Under the pieces are notes generated by a model that saw nothing but the letters and a program-made list of their open reading frames with translations, was not told the origin of the DNA and searched no databases. Source: Verrucomicrobiales bacterium (GTDB lineage Bacteria > Verrucomicrobiota > Verrucomicrobiia > Limisphaerales > DUCD01). From it: a stretch of 50,293 bases of DNA. The stretch spans positions 1 through 50,293 of the forward strand of contig DUCD01000483.1 in assembly GCA_012959985.1 (NCBI GenBank), written 5' to 3'. Position numbers and translations under genes: made by a program. Of the stretch, positions 45,428-50,293 are shown piece by piece. How positions within the stretch are numbered: the first letter of the stretch is position 1; the number at the start of each line of letters is the position of its first letter.

Positions 45428-45881
45428 GTTTATTGTCTGAACTTCGCGTTGATTATTAAGGTTTTCTTTAAATTCTTGCCATAAAAATCGCTCTGTTCAG
45501 TGATCCTTACCTTGAGTATGAAGGATTCGTAATCATTGTGAAATCCTGTTGCATTAAAGACATTTACGAACCATCGGGCCATAAAAGAATTGAAATTAGG
45601 CGGGTTTTATTGTATAAACCATGTCTTGTTCCGGGCATGGATCGACTATGGCAAGGCCCACGTTGAATAACAGGAAGCGCTCTGGTTACGACGTAACCGG
45701 TTGCGTAAACTAAAAAAACGTCGAATGTATCAAGGATGCAGGTCGGGTTCTGTTTAATGCGCTTTTTCCACGGGCGTCCTTCAAATTCCTGAATGACGCC
45801 TTTGATTATTGCCATTCCCTCTATCATGGGAAACTCCCCGATTATCATGCGGCTGAAACACCCTATCATGATTACCAACAT

Positions 45882-46595
45882 GTGATGGACGTCACCTTGG
45901 CGACGATGCGGTTGATTGACGGTTACGAGAAATCCCGCGATGGGGCTTCCTCACTTGGACAGCGAAGGGTCACATTGACCGTTCTTTCCGCATTGTTTCA
46001 TGATTCAGGTTATATTCGTCATCGGCAGGATAAAGTGCATAAGAATGGAGCCGAATATACCAAAACACATGTGACTCGCAGCACCCAGTACTTGAAGCAG
46101 TATCTTCTGGGAACCCGTTTGGAGGAAAACATTCCATTCGTCACCCGTCTGATTCACTACACGGGTTATGAGATCCCGCTGGATAAGATTGAATTCGATG
46201 ATCCTGATGACAATCGAGTGGGTTGGATGTTGGGTACCGCAGATTTGATCGCCCAAATGTCGGACCGGATGTATCTGGAGAAGTGCCGGGATTACCTTTT
46301 TTTAGAATTTGAACTGGGAGGCGTTCTCACCAGAACGAATCCGGATGGGGAACAGGAAGTCGTTTATTCTTCCTCCGACGAATTGCTGGCTGCGACTCCC
46401 GATTTCATTCGAAATACGGTGGAGAATCGTTTGAAAAAATCATTCCACAAGGTCTATTCTTACGCCGCTGCCCACTTCAATGGTCCCAATCTTTACATGG
46501 AGGCCCTTGAAAAAAATTGTAATTTCCTGGAAAACTTGGTGGCAAAGGATCAACTGCACCTGCTCAGACGGAATTCTCCCCGGGGGACCGTTTAA
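45882..46595 (+). CDS. HD-domain metal-dependent phosphohydrolase-like protein (5' end problematic)
   Basis: 'LSALFHDSGYIRH' is an HD motif and 'LGTADLIAQMSD' supplies a downstream Asp. The same frame is open upstream to a TAA at 45711 and encodes 'PYHDYQH' just before the first canonical start. Confidence 0.6.
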   Translation: MMDVTLATMRLIDGYEKSRDGASSLGQRRVTLTVLSALFHDSGYIRHRQDKVHKNGAEYTKTHVTRSTQYLKQYLLGTRLEENIPFVTRLIHYTGYEIPLDKIEFDDPDDNRVGWMLGTADLIAQMSDRMYLEKCRDYLFLEFELGGVLTRTNPDGEQEVVYSSSDELLAATPDFIRNTVENRLKKSFHKVYSYAAAHFNGPNLYMEALEKNCNFLENLVAKDQLHLLRRNSPRGTV

Positions 46596-46781
46596 CCAAT
46601 TCCATATCCTATCTGGATTGTGGTTCAATCACGGTCAGTAGGGTGCGATTAAAAGTGCGGGGATATAGGCACTGAACTCAGTAAAATGGCTGAATCGAGG
46701 GATCAGATTTACCAACTTGAAATTCCGTTCAAGTGTGGCTTCAGCACCCGTTCGAGCCTATGGATACCGAATAAAACTGAA

Positions 46782-46918
46782 GGGAGGGAGAGCGTCCCCG
46801 CGAGCCGAAAAATAGGTAGCCAGAAAAGTAGGTAGCCAGAAAAGTAGCCACTCCTGTTTGTCATCCTTTCCAGGTATGAAGGAATCCATGAATGGCTCGC
46901 GAGGACGCTCTCTCTCTC
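46782..46918. repeat. GC-rich intergenic inverted-repeat element (copy C, related core)
   Basis: GGGAGGGAGAGCGTCCCCGCGAGCC (46782-46806) matches the reverse complement of GGCTCGCGAGGACGCTCTCTCTCTC (46894-46918) at 22 of 25 positions. The interior carries the 16-nt tandem GGTAGCCAGAAAAGTA x2 (46815-46846). Confidence 0.55.
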
Positions 46919-47000
46919 CTCACTTTTGATCGCAGCCCGGGCAGTAAGTTCTCACTCTTGAATATTGCCAAGTCAGTGATTTCGGTTCAGAGTCACCGCA

Positions 47001-47753
47001 ATGTCTCCCTATCTTTCAGAACTCATCGGTACGGCGATACTGATTCTTCTCGGTAACGGGGTTGTCGCCAATGTCCTTCTGTCCAGAACTGCGGGTAATC
47101 AATCCGGTTGGATCGTCATTACAGCCGGGTGGGGTTTGGCCGTTGCCCTGGCCGTCTACTCGGTAGGAAGAATCGGAGGTGCCCATCTGAATCCTGCGGT
47201 TACGGTGGGCTTGGCTTCCATTGGAGAATTCTCATGGGGGCTTGTTCCCGGGTATATCGCCTGTCAGCTGATTGGAGCGATAGTGGGAGCTTGCCTGGTC
47301 TGGGTGACTTATTATCCACATTGGAATATCACGGAAGAGGCTTCGCTGAAACGTTCCTGTTTCTGTACTGCGCCGGCAATCAGGCATAAGGGGGCTAATG
47401 TTATTACCGAAATTGTAGGGACAGCGATGCTCGTCTTTGGAGTGCTTGCCATCGGTGCCAACGCCAGCGAAGTGGGAGGAGAGTCCCAGGTGGGAGATCT
47501 TGCTTCTGCATTCAGTTCCGGATTTGCTCCTCTATTGGTAGGATTGCTGGTGTTTTCAATTGGCTTATCCCTGGGAGGCCCAACCGGATATGCCATTAAT
47601 CCGGCCAGGGACCTTGGTCCTCGAATTGCTCATGCGTTTCTGCCCATCCCGGGAAAAGGAGATTCCGACTGGAATTACAGTTGGATCCCAGTGGTCGGCC
47701 CAATCCTTGGCGGCGTCTTAGGGGCTGTGTTTTTCAGAATTGCCGGATTCTGA
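47001..47753 (+). CDS. glpF: MIP-family aquaglyceroporin (glycerol uptake facilitator)
   Basis: 250 aa with two NPA boxes, '[11 protein letters not shown]' and '[13 protein letters not shown]', and six hydrophobic segments. Confidence 0.85.
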   Translation: MSPYLSELIGTAILILLGNGVVANVLLSRTAGNQSGWIVITAGWGLAVALAVYSVGRIGGAHLNPAVTVGLASIGEFSWGLVPGYIACQLIGAIVGACLVWVTYYPHWNITEEASLKRSCFCTAPAIRHKGANVITEIVGTAMLVFGVLAIGANASEVGGESQVGDLASAFSSGFAPLLVGLLVFSIGLSLGGPTGYAINPARDLGPRIAHAFLPIPGKGDSDWNYSWIPVVGPILGGVLGAVFFRIAGF

Positions 47754-47835
47754 GTTCAATGATTCTCCTTTACTTTACCTGTCAGGGAGTTTAAATTGTC
47801 TACTTTTAACAGCAACATACCTGAAGGGTTTTAAA

Positions 47836-49176
47836 ATGCTGACTATTCCCGGAAATCAAAGCTCAGATTTTTGCGATGGTGTTTCACGAAGGAATTTCCT
47901 TCGGATCGGGGCTTTAGGTCTAGGGGGGGTATCATTGGCGGATTTGTTCTGCGCACAGGCTCAGGCGGGCCATCGTCTGCCGCACAAGTCCATCATCATG
48001 ATTTTTCTTCCCGGTGGGCCACCCCATCAGGACATGTTCGATATCAAAACGGACGCGCCCGTTGAGATCAGGGGAGAATTCAATCCAATTTCCACCAATG
48101 TCCCAGGCATCCAAATCGGCGAGATGTTTCCACGGCTGGCTGGAATGATGGACAAGTTCACTGTGATCCGTTCCATGGTGGGAGCGATTGATTCTCATTG
48201 GTCTTTGCAATGTTTATCAGGTAGAAGCCCTCGTGAGAAAGTGCCCGGTGGCTGGCCGTCTATGGGAGCCGTCCTTTCCAAACTGAATGGGCCCGCGGAT
48301 CCCGCTGTTCCGCCTTTTGTAGGCTTAGCTCCAAAAATGGGGCATGTGCCTTGGTCTGATCCCGGTAAACCTGGTTTTCTCGGTCCTTCCCATGGCCCCT
48401 TCAATCCCAATGGAGCAGGTAAGGACGATATGATTCTGGAGGGGATCAGTCTGGATAGGCTCCAGGACCGAAAAGGACTCCTGGACAGTTTTGACCGGTT
48501 TCGGCGTAAGGCGGATATTTCCGGGCTTATGGAAGGCATGGACACTTTCAGCCAGCAGGCTTTCGGAGTATTGACATCCAGCAAGCTGGCGGATGCCCTC
48601 GATATCGAGAAAGAAGATCCGAAACTGCGGGATCGATATGGCAGGGGAAGTGCCAATCTGCAGTCGGATGGAGGGCCCAAATTGCTGGACCAATTCCTGA
48701 TGGCCCGGCGATTGGTGGAAGCCGGTGTGCGCTGTGTGACTTTGGCCTTCAGCCGTTGGGATTGGCATGGAAACAATTTCAAACGTGGACGTGAAGATAT
48801 GCCCATGTTGGATCAGGGGATCACTGCTTTGGTCGAGGATTTACATCAACGCGGTCTCGAAAAGGACGTGACCGTCATCACTTGGGGGGAATTCGGAAGA
48901 ACACCCAAGATTAATTCCAATGCCGGACGGGATCATTGGCCTCGGGTATCATGTGCACTTCTTGCGGGTGGAGGGATGAACCACGGTCAGGTCATCGGCT
49001 CCACCGATCGATTAGGAGGAGAAGCGGAAGACCGTCCGGTACATTTTCAGGAAGTGTTTGCATCCCTGTATCGCAGTATGGGAATTGATGCAAATCGGAC
49101 CACCGTCAACGACTTGAACGGTCGGCCTCGTTATCTGGTCGAGAACCATTACAAGCCCCTGCCGGAATTAGGGTGA
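47836..49176 (+). CDS. DUF1501 domain protein (sulfatase-fold, Tat signal)
   Basis: The ATG at 47836 gives '[31 protein letters not shown]', a twin-arginine signal. 'WDWHGNNF', 'TWGEFGRTP' and 'GRDHWP' are characteristic DUF1501 blocks. Confidence 0.85.
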   Translation: MLTIPGNQSSDFCDGVSRRNFLRIGALGLGGVSLADLFCAQAQAGHRLPHKSIIMIFLPGGPPHQDMFDIKTDAPVEIRGEFNPISTNVPGIQIGEMFPRLAGMMDKFTVIRSMVGAIDSHWSLQCLSGRSPREKVPGGWPSMGAVLSKLNGPADPAVPPFVGLAPKMGHVPWSDPGKPGFLGPSHGPFNPNGAGKDDMILEGISLDRLQDRKGLLDSFDRFRRKADISGLMEGMDTFSQQAFGVLTSSKLADALDIEKEDPKLRDRYGRGSANLQSDGGPKLLDQFLMARRLVEAGVRCVTLAFSRWDWHGNNFKRGREDMPMLDQGITALVEDLHQRGLEKDVTVITWGEFGRTPKINSNAGRDHWPRVSCALLAGGGMNHGQVIGSTDRLGGEAEDRPVHFQEVFASLYRSMGIDANRTTVNDLNGRPRYLVENHYKPLPELG

Positions 49177-49548
49177 GACAGTGCTTGCTGGTTCAATCCA
49201 TTAGGTGCCAGGCCTTCCCCAACCCAGTCGAAACGATCCTTTTCCCCGCGAAGCGGGAAGAAACCCAGTAAGTGCTGCCATGGCAAATTAGCTGACATTG
49301 ACATCAGGATAAAAACAACTCTTTCCGTTCCCCTCTCCTGTCCTCTGTAGCTTCGTTTTCCAGTTCAGCATTCAAGACTTTTAAAGTAATCGCAGATGGG
49401 GCTGGGTACCGAAGTGAATCTCAAGGTTACGCAGCCATCGTTGTCAGGATCGGCTTGAATGACCTTGGCGTAGATATGTTCATTGCTCAGGGCGGGATCG
49501 GCATGAGTCAACTGTAGGCGGATATTGGACAAGACAGGTGTCATTGGG

Positions 49549-50293
49549 TCAATCCGCGCTTTGGAGTATTTCTTTGAAAAAGGAATGGAAATCACCAAAA
49601 AAGGCGGGCAACTTGCTTTTATAAACACCAATAAATTTTTCCCCATTGAATAGCTTTCTTAAAATTATCAATTGTTTTGAATCCTGATCCACCGATTTTC
49701 CGTCCAGAACGATATAAAGAATGGCCAGTTCCTTTTTCAGTGGAACCGCATCATCCTGCGTTTTCTTAATACTGACCAGCCATGGATCTTTCATTTCAAC
49801 GACATCGTAAATGGTGATCGGTTTTTTGGCTCCCTTCGGTTCCACTACCATCTCCTGGTTGATGGTGGCCATGGATTCGATTTTGTTGTAAACACTTTCT
49901 GATATGAGAATCTGCCCTCCCACGGTGTAGGTTTCGATGCGTGAAGCCATGTTCACTTCACGTCCCACCACCCCGTACTTGGCACGTTTTTCAGATCCGA
50001 TATTACCGACGACCACTTCACCGGTATTGATGCCGATTCCCATTTCCACTTCGGGAAAACCGAGTTCAAAATTACGGCGATTGACCTCCTCCATCGCGTT
50101 CTGCATTTCCAGGGCGCAGGCCACCGCCCGTTCGGCGTGATTCGATTTCCAGATGGGAGCGCCGAACACGACCAGAATTGCGTCGCCGATAAACTCGTCG
50201 ATCGTGCCTTCGTATTTGATAATGACATCGGTCATGACGCCGAGGTAGTTATTCAGTAGGCTGACCACCTGTTCGGGGTGAAGCGTTTCCGAT
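49549..50293 (-). CDS. Class III adenylate/guanylate cyclase domain protein, 5' end outside the window
   Basis: The frame is open to the window edge ('SETLHPEQVVSLLNNYLGVMTDVIIKYEGTIDEFIGDAILVVFGAP...IGINTGEVVVGNIGSEKRAKYGVVGREVNMASRIE'), followed by a ~90-aa C-terminal domain. Confidence 0.8.
   Translation of the reverse strand, partial: SETLHPEQVVSLLNNYLGVMTDVIIKYEGTIDEFIGDAILVVFGAPIWKSNHAERAVACALEMQNAMEEVNRRNFELGFPEVEMGIGINTGEVVVGNIGSEKRAKYGVVGREVNMASRIETYTVGGQILISESVYNKIESMATINQEMVVEPKGAKKPITIYDVVEMKDPWLVSIKKTQDDAVPLKKELAILYIVLDGKSVDQDSKQLIILRKLFNGEKFIGVYKSKLPAFFGDFHSFFKEILQSAD

Noticed and set aside
45564-45881. 105-aa minus-strand ORF between the coiled-coil gene and the HD-domain gene
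   Set aside because: It lies exactly antisense to the protein-like upstream extension of the HD gene. It has no recognisable motif and an odd Cys/Met/Ile-rich N-terminus, so it is probably spurious.
46815-46850. Short direct repeats (16-nt tandem here, the hexamer tract at 33583, the 18-nt direct repeat at 35331/35383) considered as a CRISPR array
   Set aside because: The repeats are too short and too few, they are contiguous or lack unique spacers of 25-40 nt, and no cas genes are present.
49240-49262. Small hairpin TTCCCCGC-GAA-GCGGGAA downstream of the DUF1501 gene, considered as a terminator
   Set aside because: The stem is short and imperfect, and no T-run follows on either strand.

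Overview
This 50.3-kb window reads as chromosomal DNA from a PVC-superphylum bacterium, probably Verrucomicrobiota. That placement is inferred from gene content only: three formylglycine-type sulfatases, DUF1501, a DUF1080 fusion, an LTD-CotH protein, a PA14 giant adhesin and prepilin-like genes. I support about 36 protein genes and found no rRNA, tRNA, CRISPR array, transposase or integrase. Left to right: small catabolic genes and a sulfatase (1-3 kb); a secreted LTD-CotH-propeller protein and an EF-hand/thioredoxin-like protein (3.6-9.5 kb); a roughly 1530-aa PA14 adhesin split by one frameshift (9.7-14.4 kb); a GMC oxidoreductase pair; a ~1-kb AT-rich gap; housekeeping and glycan genes; a decayed patch holding an oligopeptidase B remnant and a vapB / broken vapC pair (23.6-24.7 kb); mtnA; and two divergent sulfatases separated by a hexanucleotide microsatellite. 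The most interesting block is a 10-kb same-strand cluster (35.4-45.4 kb, minus strand). It runs from a 36-aa-repeat coiled-coil protein through a GAF-GAF-PAS class III cyclase, a histidine kinase and a LuxR-type regulator to three GspI/J/K-like pseudopilin genes and a DUF819 permease. A divergent, interrupted HD-domain gene sits next to it, and a second cyclase lies at the window edge. Three intergenic GC-rich inverted-repeat elements share a GCGAGCC core. All product calls come from motif recognition by eye. No searches were run.
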